Assembly (NCBI GenBank): GCA_965223325.1 | Contig: CBDCWI010000001.1 | Location: 160,001 to 224,000 of the forward strand | Length of the DNA stretch: 64,000 bases | Direction of reading: 5' to 3' | From: Candidatus Multivoradales bacterium | GTDB lineage: Bacteria > Acidobacteriota > Thermoanaerobaculia > Multivoradales > Multivoraceae | In this document: positions 55,867 to 64,000 of the stretch, piece after piece | Position numbering within the stretch: the stretch's first letter is position 1 | Layout: each line of letters opens with the position of its first letter | Position numbers and translations under genes: made by a program | The notes under the pieces: generated by a model | The model's input: the letters and a program-made list of their open reading frames with translations, nothing else | Told to the model about the DNA's origin: nothing | Database searches by the model: none

Positions 55867-56121
55867 TCACTCGATGGCTGGCCCGGATTCAGCGCTTCCA
55901 GCGTTCTCGAGGCACCTGCGGGGCGATGCCGGGGGACGATGCCAGGACAGGCTCGCCCCGGGCGCTGACAAGCGCTGCCAGGTTCCGTCGGCCCGCAGAA
56001 TCTCTACCCGTTTCACCTGAAACACTAGAAATACTGTTCTACCAGCCGGACGAAAACCGCCCATAGGCGCGAAAAATGGCTTGATTCTCCGTTTTCTCTT
56101 TGCTACCTTACAGGTGGGCAT
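55867..56121 (-). CDS. Possible 84-aa basic small protein
   Basis: AGGAGGT 5 nt upstream of the ATG; no recognisable family and an atypically AT-rich 5' half. Confidence 0.3.
   Translation of the reverse strand: MPTCKVAKRKRRIKPFFAPMGGFRPAGRTVFLVFQVKRVEILRADGTWQRLSAPGASLSWHRPPASPRRCLENAGSAESGPAIE
56081..56109 (+). promoter_or_regulatory. Sigma70-type promoter for the candidate sRNA
   Basis: TTGATT (56081-56086), 17 bp, TGc-TACCTT (56104-56109). Confidence 0.55.
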
Positions 56122-56173
56122 GGGGCACCTCCTGGTTCGGATTCATTCCAACCGTTGTGTGCCCGTTTTTTTT
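56116..56173 (+). ncRNA. Candidate ~58-nt small RNA with anti-SD motif and intrinsic terminator
   Basis: Promoter directly upstream; GGGCAC...GTGCCC outer stem, GGTT-C-GGA/TCC-AACC inner stem, T8 tract (56166-56173); CACCTCCT at 56126-56133. Confidence 0.5.
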
Positions 56174-56224
56174 GGCCGTCATCTCGCGTTTTGGCGCGCC
56201 CCCCGCAAAGGCTCAAACGAGGCC

Positions 56225-57481
56225 TCAGGTTTCGTCGAGGAGCGCCTGACTCGCCTTCCGGGCAGCACCGGCCAGCAGCGCTCCACCCACGAAGATCGCG
56301 CCCTCCGCGGCATAGAACCGAGGCGTATGGGCGCCAATGTCAGGTGCCGCGGCCTCGCGGGCACCGACTCGAAAGAACGCGCCGGGGATCGCCTCGAGGT
56401 AGACGCTGAAATCTTCGCCGCCCATATTGACTCCCGGCATCGGCACCACGCCGGCCTCACCCAGCAGGTCGACAGCCACCGCGCGGGCCCACTCTGACTG
56501 GGGCTGGGTGTTGATGATGGGCGGGGTGCCCGGCTCCAGATCGAGCTCGGCACGCACGCGGTGGGCCGCGGCGATGTGACCGACGAGATGGCGCAACTCT
56601 TCTTCTAGCAGCTTGCGGCTGGTGGGGTCGGTCGAGCGCATGGTGCCGGTGAGGCGAGCCTCCTCGGGAATGACGTTGGCGGCCACACCTGCCCGAAACG
56701 AGCCGACGGTCAACACGACGGGCAGTCCGGGGTCGGCACGCCGCGAGGCGACGGTCTGGAGCGCTTGCACCAGTGCTGACGCCGCGACGATCGGGTCGTG
56801 TGCGAGATGTGGCCGAGCACCATGACCCCCCTGGCCCCTGATCAGAATCTCGAACTGGTCGGCAGCCGCCGCCATCGGCCCTGGCTGAACAACTGCTTCG
56901 CCGACCGCGAAGCGGCGGTCGACATGCGCACCGTAGATGGCTGCGCACCCGTCCAGGGCGCCGGACTCGAGGACTTTCGCCGCACCTTTGCCGACCTCCT
57001 CGGCCGGCTGCAGAACGATCAGAACGTCGCCGGCCGCCGGTTGGCGGCTGATCAAGCGCCCCGCCGCGACCGCCCAGGTGGCGTGGACATCGTGACCGCA
57101 AGCGTGCATGACACCGGGGTTCTCTGAACTGTACGGAAGCCCCGTGTCCTCCTCGATAGGAAGCGCATCGATGTCACCCCGCACGGCGACCGGCGGCAGA
57201 TCGCGGTCCAAGCCGGCGAAGCGGACCACCAGACCGGTTCCGGCGACGCGCTCGATCGCCGTCGGGGCGAGCGTTTCGAGCGCCGCCTCGAGACGCGCGC
57301 AGGTGTTGTGCTCCTCGAACGAGAGCTCCGGATGCCGATGAAGGTCACGCCGCAACGCGACCAGAAAGGAACGTTCTTCCTCGCTCCACAGCGCTGCGAT
57401 CTTGGCTGGCAACTCGAGGCTGGGGGCCGCTCCCTCTCGCTCCCTCGCCCCAGACGACCCACCGGCGTCAGCTGGACTCAA
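56225..57481 (-). CDS. M20D-family amidohydrolase
   Basis: HRHPELSFEE, RGDIDALP, MHACGHD, QPAEE, GGHGA.PH, GEDF. Confidence 0.93.
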   Translation of the reverse strand: MSPADAGGSSGAREREGAAPSLELPAKIAALWSEEERSFLVALRRDLHRHPELSFEEHNTCARLEAALETLAPTAIERVAGTGLVVRFAGLDRDLPPVAVRGDIDALPIEEDTGLPYSSENPGVMHACGHDVHATWAVAAGRLISRQPAAGDVLIVLQPAEEVGKGAAKVLESGALDGCAAIYGAHVDRRFAVGEAVVQPGPMAAAADQFEILIRGQGGHGARPHLAHDPIVAASALVQALQTVASRRADPGLPVVLTVGSFRAGVAANVIPEEARLTGTMRSTDPTSRKLLEEELRHLVGHIAAAHRVRAELDLEPGTPPIINTQPQSEWARAVAVDLLGEAGVVPMPGVNMGGEDFSVYLEAIPGAFFRVGAREAAAPDIGAHTPRFYAAEGAIFVGGALLAGAARKASQALLDET

Positions 57482-59262
57482 GGTGTCTCCCCGGCCGCCC
57501 CTCCCGGTGCCCGGTAGCCGGGCCCGCGCACGACGCGACCGGAGAACACGCCGGTCGCCTCACCGTCAAGGAGTGCGACCTCGCCGTTGACCAACACGTG
57601 CAGAACGCCGGAAGCGAGCTGATGGGGGTCCTCGAAGGTGGCGTGATCCTCAACCCGCTGAGGGTCGAAGACCACCACATCGGCAAAGAAGCCGGGTGCC
57701 AGCTGACCGCGGTCGACGATGCCGGCAAGTCCCAGCTGCTCCATCGACAGGGTCGTCAGCCGTCGCACGGCTTCCGCCAGCGTGATGAGGCCCTCGTCGC
57801 GAACGTAGCGACCCAGCAGGCGGGCGAAGTTTCCATAGGCACGGGGGTGGGTGCTATTGCTCAGAAAGACACCCTCGGGTGCCATCGAGGCCGCGTCTGA
57901 GCCGAAGCTCACCCAGGGCAGCTGGATCTGGCGGCGAACGTTGTCTTCACTCATCAGGAAGTACACCGATTCGACCCTGGTCCCATCCTCGATCACCAGG
58001 TCAATCGCGGCAGCTTCGGGTGTCACCCCACGCAGCTGGGCAACCTCGGCAATCGTCTTCCCGGTGTAGGCCCGCCTGAGCTCCGGGTTGCGAAAGCCCA
58101 CCAGCATCACGCCCTCTGGACCGGCAGCCTCGTAGAGGTTCTCCCAACCGTCGCCGGGTAGACGCATGGCCTCCTCGACGGCACGCCGCGTCTGCGGATC
58201 TTCCAAGCGCTCGATCCAGGCGGCTAGCCCACCCTCTTGAACTGCCGGCGGCATCGCCGCATCGAGGCCAGTCGAACCCGCGGTGTAGGTGTACATGTTG
58301 GCACCGACATCGAGGCCCTCGGCGCGGGCGGCTTCGATCCGTTCGATGACGGCATCGAGCATCGGCCAGTTACGGCGGCCGCCCTGTTTCAGGTGGTAGA
58401 TCTCGCCGCCGACCGCAGCTCCTTCGACAATCGCAAAGAACTCGTCGAGCGCTTCGAGAAGCTGGTCGCCCTCGCTACGCATGTGGGTGATGTAGCGCCC
58501 ACCGGACTCACCCGCGGCCTCCAGAAGAGCAGTGAGCTCTTCGGTCGAGGAATAGAACGCCGGTGCATAGATCAGCGACGATCCGACGCCGAGCGCCCCC
58601 TCGGCCATCGCCTGCCGCACAAGATCTTGCATGCGCTCGAGCTCCTGGGCATCGGGTTCACGGTTGTCGTGGCCAAGCTCGTGAATGCGCACCGTCGTCG
58701 CACCAACGAACGAGGCAACGTTGGGAACGATTCCACGCCGTTCGAGGCTTTCCAGGTACTCCCCCAGGGTCGTCCAGTCGATCTCGTACTGGGCTTCCTG
58801 CTGCGCCTCGCGCATCCGCTCCTTCATCGTGTCGTTGAGTGGGCCCATCGACATGCCTTCGCCGAAGACCTCGAGCGTCACCCCCTGGCGCAGATCGCCG
58901 AGCGACCGCCCGTCGACCAGGAGTGACTCGGTCGCCCAACTCAGCATGTTGACGAAACCGGGCGCCACCGCCAGACCGCTCGCATCGATTCGCCGCCGGT
59001 GCTCTCGGTGCTCGAGATCGCCGATCTCGACAATGCGATCTCCAACGATGCCGATGTCGGCATCGACGGGCGGACTGCCGGTCCCGTCGTACACCGCTCC
59101 CCCAACGATCACGACATCGAAGACGGTCTGGCTGGTCTCGGCCTCGGGGGCGCAACCCGAGATACCGAGGAGTCCAGAAACGAGAAGCCCTGCCGCCAGG
59201 AACGCTGCCAGGGCAAACACTGCCAGGGGGAGAAAGCGCTCACGGTCGGTGCGTACCGACAT
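57478..59262 (-). CDS. N-acyl-D-amino-acid deacylase family protein, probable lipoprotein
   Basis: DGTG, APGF, THMRSE, YHLK, GSD, HPRAYG.F, ADVVVFDP; ISGC lipobox. Confidence 0.88.
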   Translation of the reverse strand: MSVRTDRERFLPLAVFALAAFLAAGLLVSGLLGISGCAPEAETSQTVFDVVIVGGAVYDGTGSPPVDADIGIVGDRIVEIGDLEHREHRRRIDASGLAVAPGFVNMLSWATESLLVDGRSLGDLRQGVTLEVFGEGMSMGPLNDTMKERMREAQQEAQYEIDWTTLGEYLESLERRGIVPNVASFVGATTVRIHELGHDNREPDAQELERMQDLVRQAMAEGALGVGSSLIYAPAFYSSTEELTALLEAAGESGGRYITHMRSEGDQLLEALDEFFAIVEGAAVGGEIYHLKQGGRRNWPMLDAVIERIEAARAEGLDVGANMYTYTAGSTGLDAAMPPAVQEGGLAAWIERLEDPQTRRAVEEAMRLPGDGWENLYEAAGPEGVMLVGFRNPELRRAYTGKTIAEVAQLRGVTPEAAAIDLVIEDGTRVESVYFLMSEDNVRRQIQLPWVSFGSDAASMAPEGVFLSNSTHPRAYGNFARLLGRYVRDEGLITLAEAVRRLTTLSMEQLGLAGIVDRGQLAPGFFADVVVFDPQRVEDHATFEDPHQLASGVLHVLVNGEVALLDGEATGVFSGRVVRGPGYRAPGGAAGETP

Positions 59263-60080
59263 CAGTCGTTGGCCTCGTCTCTACCGGCCGAGGTGTCGGT
59301 CAAGGGGCGAATGCGGATGTTGCGAAACCACACCGGGTCGCCGTGGTCCTGAATCGCCAGGCGGCCCCGCGGAGAGCGGCCATAGCCTTCCCACTGGGCA
59401 AACTTGCTTCCCGCAACCAGCGCTTCCCATTCTTCGTTTCCCAGCACGTAGGAGACGACGCGCTCCCCGTTGAGCCAATGCTCGACGTCGTTGCCGCGCA
59501 CCAGCAGTCGCACTCGATTCCACTCGCCGACCGGCACCCGGGCGTACTCGGAAGGCGCGATGAGCGCGTAGTTCGAGCCTGCCGAAGTCAGTGGATTCTT
59601 ACCATCGCGGTGAGCGCTGTCGTCGAGAATCTGCATCTCAGGACCGGTGTGGTAACTGCGCTCACCGGCTTCTTCGTTGACCCGGTACATGAGGCCACTG
59701 TTGCCGCCGGGTGAGATCTTCCACTCCAGGGCAAAGTCGAAGTCTCTGTACTCGTCCTTGGTCACCAGGTCAGAGCGTTGGCCACCATCGGCCTCGGCGG
59801 CATCGGGGGAGAAGAAGATCGTGCCGTCCTCGACGGTCCAACCCGCCGGAATGCCCTGCATGCCATAGCCCCGCCAACCGTCGAGGGTCTCGCCGTCGAA
59901 CAGCAGCTGCCAGCCGTCGGCGACTTCGCCTTCGGTCAGAGTGTTGACCGGTGGCTCGTACTCGGACACGGCGGGTTCATCGACCTCTTCGACCGGCGGT
60001 TCGCTGCAAGCTAGAAGCGAGAGGGGCACCAAGAGGGCGAGCGCAGCAAGGGTTGTCGGGACACGTGAGAGACGTTTCAT
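59262..60080 (-). CDS. DUF1080 (3-keto-disaccharide hydrolase) lipoprotein
   Basis: LLAC lipobox, GWQLLFDG..L.GW, NSG, EMQILD, GEWN, IQDHG..VWFRNI. Confidence 0.92.
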   Translation of the reverse strand: MKRLSRVPTTLAALALLVPLSLLACSEPPVEEVDEPAVSEYEPPVNTLTEGEVADGWQLLFDGETLDGWRGYGMQGIPAGWTVEDGTIFFSPDAAEADGGQRSDLVTKDEYRDFDFALEWKISPGGNSGLMYRVNEEAGERSYHTGPEMQILDDSAHRDGKNPLTSAGSNYALIAPSEYARVPVGEWNRVRLLVRGNDVEHWLNGERVVSYVLGNEEWEALVAGSKFAQWEGYGRSPRGRLAIQDHGDPVWFRNIRIRPLTDTSAGRDEAND

Positions 60081-60218
60081 CTTCAAAGCTCTCCACAGTT
60101 GAGGGATCTAGAAACGCAGCGTAGCAGTGCCCAACAGGAGTGCCCGCCGAAGACACCAGGAAACGCTACAGTTGAGGGCTTAGACGGTTCTCGAGGCAGC
60201 AACGGGTATCCTGCCCGC

Positions 60219-62696
60219 ATGACCAGCCCCCAGAGCGTTGTCAGGCGAGTCGCCCTCGTCCTGGTGGCGCCGTTCCTTCTCGCGGTCGCCACAGTCACCA
60301 GCCCACGCGCCCACGCACAGCCGGCCACCAGCCGAGACCTGGCGCCAGCGAGCGAGACCATCCAGGCCGCCGGGCTCGACGCGCCGGCCGAGATCCTGAT
60401 CGACCGCTGGGGTGTAGCCCACATCTTCGCCGCCGATCAAGATGACCTCTTCTTTCTCCAGGGCTGGAACGCCGCCCGCGACCGCCTGTGGCAGCTCGAC
60501 TTGTGGAGACGGCGCGGAGAGGGGCGTCTAGCCGATGTCTTCGGCCCCGCCTTCATCGAGCAGGATCGGGCGGCGAGGTTGTTTCTCTATCGCGGAGACA
60601 TGCACGCCGAATGGATCGCCTACGCCTCGGACACCAAACGCATCGTGACGTCGTTTGTCGCCGGCATCAACGCCTACATCGAGCTCACCGAGCGCGAGCC
60701 AGAACGCCTTCCACCGGAGTTCGAGGCGCTCGACTACCAGCCGGAGCGCTGGCAACCGGAAACCGTGGTGCGCATCCGCAGTCACGGTCTCTTGCGCAAC
60801 CTACGCTCGGAAGTCGCACGCGGTCGCTTCCTGGCCAGTCATGGCGAGCTCGCCCTCGCCTTGCGCGACCGTCTGGAGCCCGAGCACACGTTCGAGGTGC
60901 CGGCCGAGGTCGACCTTCCGGCCATGCCCGACGAGCTGCTCGAGACGTATGACCTCGGCACCCGATCAGTCTCGTTCGAAGCGCTCGCGAACGAAGAGGC
61001 CAGCCGCTCGGTCGCTGCGATCGAGACCTTGTCGGCGTGGGCGACCTTCGACGCCCTGGGCTCGAACAACTGGGCGATCGCTCCTTCGAGGACTGCCACC
61101 GGGCGGCCCGTTCTCGCCGACGATCCCCACCGCACGCAGGCGTTACCATCGTTGCGCTACATCGTCCACCTCGCCGCCCCTGGCCTCGACGTCGTCGGTG
61201 CCGGCGAGCCCGCTCTGCCCGGCGTCTCGATCGGTCACAACGGCACCGTTGCCTTCGGCCTGACGATTTTCTCGATCGATCAGGAAGACCTCTACTTCTA
61301 CGACACCCACCCCGAGAACAGCGACCTTTACAACTACCGGGGTTTCTGGGAACCGGTGCGTGAGATCGAAGAAACGATCGCTGTGCGCGGTGAGGCCAGC
61401 GTCACGGCAACGCTACGTTTCACCCGTCATGGACCGATCCTGTTCGAGGAGGCCGACAACGACCGCCTCTGGGCATTGCGCGCGGCCTGGCTCGAACCCG
61501 GGATGGCTCCCTACCTGGGCTCGATCGAGTCCATGCGGGCCGAGACCTGGGACGAGTTCCTGGCGGCGATGAACCGCTGGGGGTCACCGTCCGAGAACCA
61601 GGTCTACGCCGATACCGCGGGCAACATCGGTTGGAAACCTGGCGGCCTCACCCCCATCCGGGAGAACTGGGACGGGCTGGTGCCGGTCCCCGGCGACGGA
61701 AGATTCGAATGGACGGGCTACCGCCCGATGGACGAGTTGCCGGTCGAGGAGAATCCTGCCCGTGGTTGGGTGGCAACCGCCAATCAGATGAATCTGCCGC
61801 CGGACTACGACCTCCCCCTGGGCTGGGAATGGGCGGCTCCCTATCGCTTCGAACGCATCCGGGAGGTACTGAGTGGAGACCGCCGCCACTCCGTCCAGGA
61901 CTCGCTCGCACTGCAAGGCGACAGCCTTTCGATACCGGCCCGGCGGCTCCAGAAGGTCCTCGAGGACGTTCCGGTCAAGGGTCGTGCCCGCCAGGCACGG
62001 CAACTCCTGCTTTCGTGGAACGCCCACCTCGACATCGACAGCGGCGCCGCAGCGCTCTTCGAGATCTGGTGGCGACGACACCTGCCCGGCGCCACCTGGG
62101 CCGCACTTGCGAACCAGCGAGACGACATTTCCGAAGAGGCCACCCAGGCGCTGGTACGCGAAGCCAACGTCGAAAACCTGCTCCGGCTCCTCGAGAACCG
62201 ACTGACCGCCAGAGACCAGGCCATCGCTCTCGGCACCCAGGTCCGGAGCGAGGTCATCACCACGAGCCTTGCCGCTGCCTGGCTCCAGGCAGAGGAGCTG
62301 ATGGGCAAGCGTGTACCAGCCTGGCGTTGGGGCGACCTTCACCAGATCGAGCCCATCCATCCCCTGGCCGGCCGACTCGAAGCTCTGGGCCTCACCGGAC
62401 GTCTACCGGCAACCGCACGACCTGGAAGCAGCGAAACGGTCGGCAACACGCGCTACGGACGCACGAGTTTTCGGCAGATCTCGGGAGCATCTTTCCGATT
62501 GGTGCTCGACGTGGGCGCCTGGGACCAGTCGTTGGCGATGAACTCACCGGGGCAATCGGGGGACCCCCGAAGCCCCCACTTCGGCGATCTCCTCGCCCCG
62601 TGGGCGGCAGGCGAAGCCTTTCCGCTTCTCTACTCGAGAGCCAGCATCGAGGGCGAAACCTTGACCCGGTTGGTGCTTACGCCGCTCGAGCCCTGA
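60219..62696 (+). CDS. Penicillin acylase-family Ntn hydrolase (S45)
   Basis: Signal peptide, D.WGVAHI, DRLWQ, GSNNW nucleophile, DPH, ATANQ, PGQSG. Confidence 0.94.
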   Translation: MTSPQSVVRRVALVLVAPFLLAVATVTSPRAHAQPATSRDLAPASETIQAAGLDAPAEILIDRWGVAHIFAADQDDLFFLQGWNAARDRLWQLDLWRRRGEGRLADVFGPAFIEQDRAARLFLYRGDMHAEWIAYASDTKRIVTSFVAGINAYIELTEREPERLPPEFEALDYQPERWQPETVVRIRSHGLLRNLRSEVARGRFLASHGELALALRDRLEPEHTFEVPAEVDLPAMPDELLETYDLGTRSVSFEALANEEASRSVAAIETLSAWATFDALGSNNWAIAPSRTATGRPVLADDPHRTQALPSLRYIVHLAAPGLDVVGAGEPALPGVSIGHNGTVAFGLTIFSIDQEDLYFYDTHPENSDLYNYRGFWEPVREIEETIAVRGEASVTATLRFTRHGPILFEEADNDRLWALRAAWLEPGMAPYLGSIESMRAETWDEFLAAMNRWGSPSENQVYADTAGNIGWKPGGLTPIRENWDGLVPVPGDGRFEWTGYRPMDELPVEENPARGWVATANQMNLPPDYDLPLGWEWAAPYRFERIREVLSGDRRHSVQDSLALQGDSLSIPARRLQKVLEDVPVKGRARQARQLLLSWNAHLDIDSGAAALFEIWWRRHLPGATWAALANQRDDISEEATQALVREANVENLLRLLENRLTARDQAIALGTQVRSEVITTSLAAAWLQAEELMGKRVPAWRWGDLHQIEPIHPLAGRLEALGLTGRLPATARPGSSETVGNTRYGRTSFRQISGASFRLVLDVGAWDQSLAMNSPGQSGDPRSPHFGDLLAPWAAGEAFPLLYSRASIEGETLTRLVLTPLEP

Positions 62697-62917
62697 ATCC
62701 CGGAAGGTCGCACGAGGCCACACCCTCGATGGCATATAATCGCCTCTGATTTTCGACACCCTGAGTGATGTGCGCAGGTCTCCAGTCAGGAGGGCTGCTA
62801 AGGGCAAAGAGCGTTTCGATAACGAAGCACCTCTGCTCAACGCAGCGAGAGGAGGGTGTCAGAGACTACCGAACATGCCCCACGTGTCCGCTCATCGGCC
62901 ATCGTCGCTCGAGATCG

Positions 62918-63346
62918 ATGGCTCCTCTCTTACAGGACAACCTTCCTCACGGTTCCCACATGACAGACGACAATCTCCCGCGCGGCGACGAGCGCGTTCT
63001 GCTGGTCGACGATGACGATCAGGTCCGTCGCGCTCTTGGCCTGCTTCTCAAGAACCTGGGCTACGACACTCTGCTCGCATCGGATGGTGAGGAGGCTCTC
63101 GGCATCGTTGCCAACGAGACTCTCGACCTGATGATCTCCGACGTTGTGATGCCCGGAATGGACGGCATCCAGCTCTCATCCAAGGTCCGCGAGGAGTACC
63201 CCCAGCTCCCGATTCTGTTGATCTCAGGCTACTCAGACGGAACCGTCACCAGCGTGCGCAACACCCGCTTCTTGCGTAAACCGTTCTCGATGAGCGACTT
63301 GGCGCGCGAAATCCGCGCTACCCTCACCGAGTTCCAGGCCAGCTGA
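62918..63346 (+). CDS. Stand-alone response regulator receiver protein
   Basis: VLLVDDD, SDVVMPGMDG, ISG, KPF; start 62918 or 62960. Confidence 0.88.
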   Translation: MAPLLQDNLPHGSHMTDDNLPRGDERVLLVDDDDQVRRALGLLLKNLGYDTLLASDGEEALGIVANETLDLMISDVVMPGMDGIQLSSKVREEYPQLPILLISGYSDGTVTSVRNTRFLRKPFSMSDLAREIRATLTEFQAS

Positions 63347-63364
63347 GTTCGCGACCACACGCCC

Positions 63365-64000
63365 TCAGGGGTCGACGATGCCGGTCAGGGTGGACTGAGG
63401 CTGCAGCGCCTTCGTGGACTGCCCACGCAGGCCGCGTAGGAAGGTGGAGATTGCCGCGTCGCGCAGATCTTCGAACAGAGTGTAGGAGAGCGGCACGACC
63501 AGAAGCGTGAGCAGACTGGCTGTGATCATGCCGCCAATCAAGGTCAGCGCAAAGCTGGTGTAGCCAAGGCCCATCCGCCCGCCGCCACCACCGAAAAGTA
63601 GCGGCACCATGCCACAAACTGTCGTCAGGGCGGTCATCATGATGGGTCGGAATCGACGCTCGGTGGCCAGGCACAGCGCACTGAGGCGATCGAGCCCTTC
63701 GCGCTCTCTGAGGCGGCGGACGTAGTCGAGCAACACGATTCCGTTGTTGACCACGACACCGATCAGAATGATCATCCCGACAAGGCCGAGGAAGTCGAGG
63801 TCGGTCCCCGTCAGCACGTGAATCCAGGTCACGCCGACGTTGGCGAGCGGAATCGTCACCAGAATCGCCATCGGGAGCAGGAAACTCTCGAACAGAAAGC
63901 CCATCAACAAGTAGACGAAGACGATCGATAGCACAACGGCAAACATGAGGTTGCCCAGCTCCTCGCCAGCCGAGAAGCGCGGGCGATCTCCAAAGCTGAT
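63365..64000 (-). CDS. RND efflux transporter permease (AcrB family), C-terminal part
   Basis: FESF..P, GVVVNNGIVL, RFRPIMMT, GG...SLLTL.VVP; continues beyond the window. Confidence 0.92.
   Translation of the reverse strand: MSFGDRPRFSAGEELGNLMFAVVLSIVFVYLLMGFLFESFLLPMAILVTIPLANVGVTWIHVLTGTDLDFLGLVGMIILIGVVVNNGIVLLDYVRRLREREGLDRLSALCLATERRFRPIMMTALTTVCGMVPLLFGGGGGRMGLGYTSFALTLIGGMITASLLTLLVVPLSYTLFEDLRDAAISTFLRGLRGQSTKALQPQSTLTGIVDP

Noticed and set aside
62729-62743. Sigma54 promoter (TGGCATATAATCGC)
   Set aside because: GG-to-GC spacing is 9 rather than 10 nt; the embedded TATAAT lacks a credible -35.

Overview
GC-rich bacterial chromosomal window. The pair of Acidobacteria-type VWFA proteins suggests Acidobacteriota (inference). 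Most of it is housekeeping: ribF, rimO, a roughly 20 kb minus-strand gene run (DUF2064-nnr-tsaE-hbd-phoH-7TM/HD-ybeY-era-mgtE-recO-glyQ-glyS-ppdK-mutL-rnc-asnS), thiD, guaA, gpsA, plsY, cinA, fabI, mtaB, several hydrolases and a partial RND pump. Five things stand out. (1) An intact, endonuclease-less group II intron (3891-5800) with a non-canonical GAUACG 5' end sits inside a 221-bp tandem array of palindromic elements. Its EBS1 is perfectly complementary to a site repeated in every array linker. (2) A full-length glyQ/glyS pair lies in its normal synteny but has lost the catalytic motifs and apparent tRNA-recognition elements, so it looks like a pseudo-enzyme GlyRS. (3) A candidate ~58-nt sRNA has its own promoter, terminator and anti-SD motif, lies antisense to the RBS of a small ORF, and follows two orphan, asymmetric ParA genes. 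(4) A RAYT-like HUH transposase is flanked by short REP-like hairpins. (5) An orphan protein carries a zinc-binding toxin-like (HxxQDxxSH) domain. All family assignments come from motif recognition by eye; no database searches were run.
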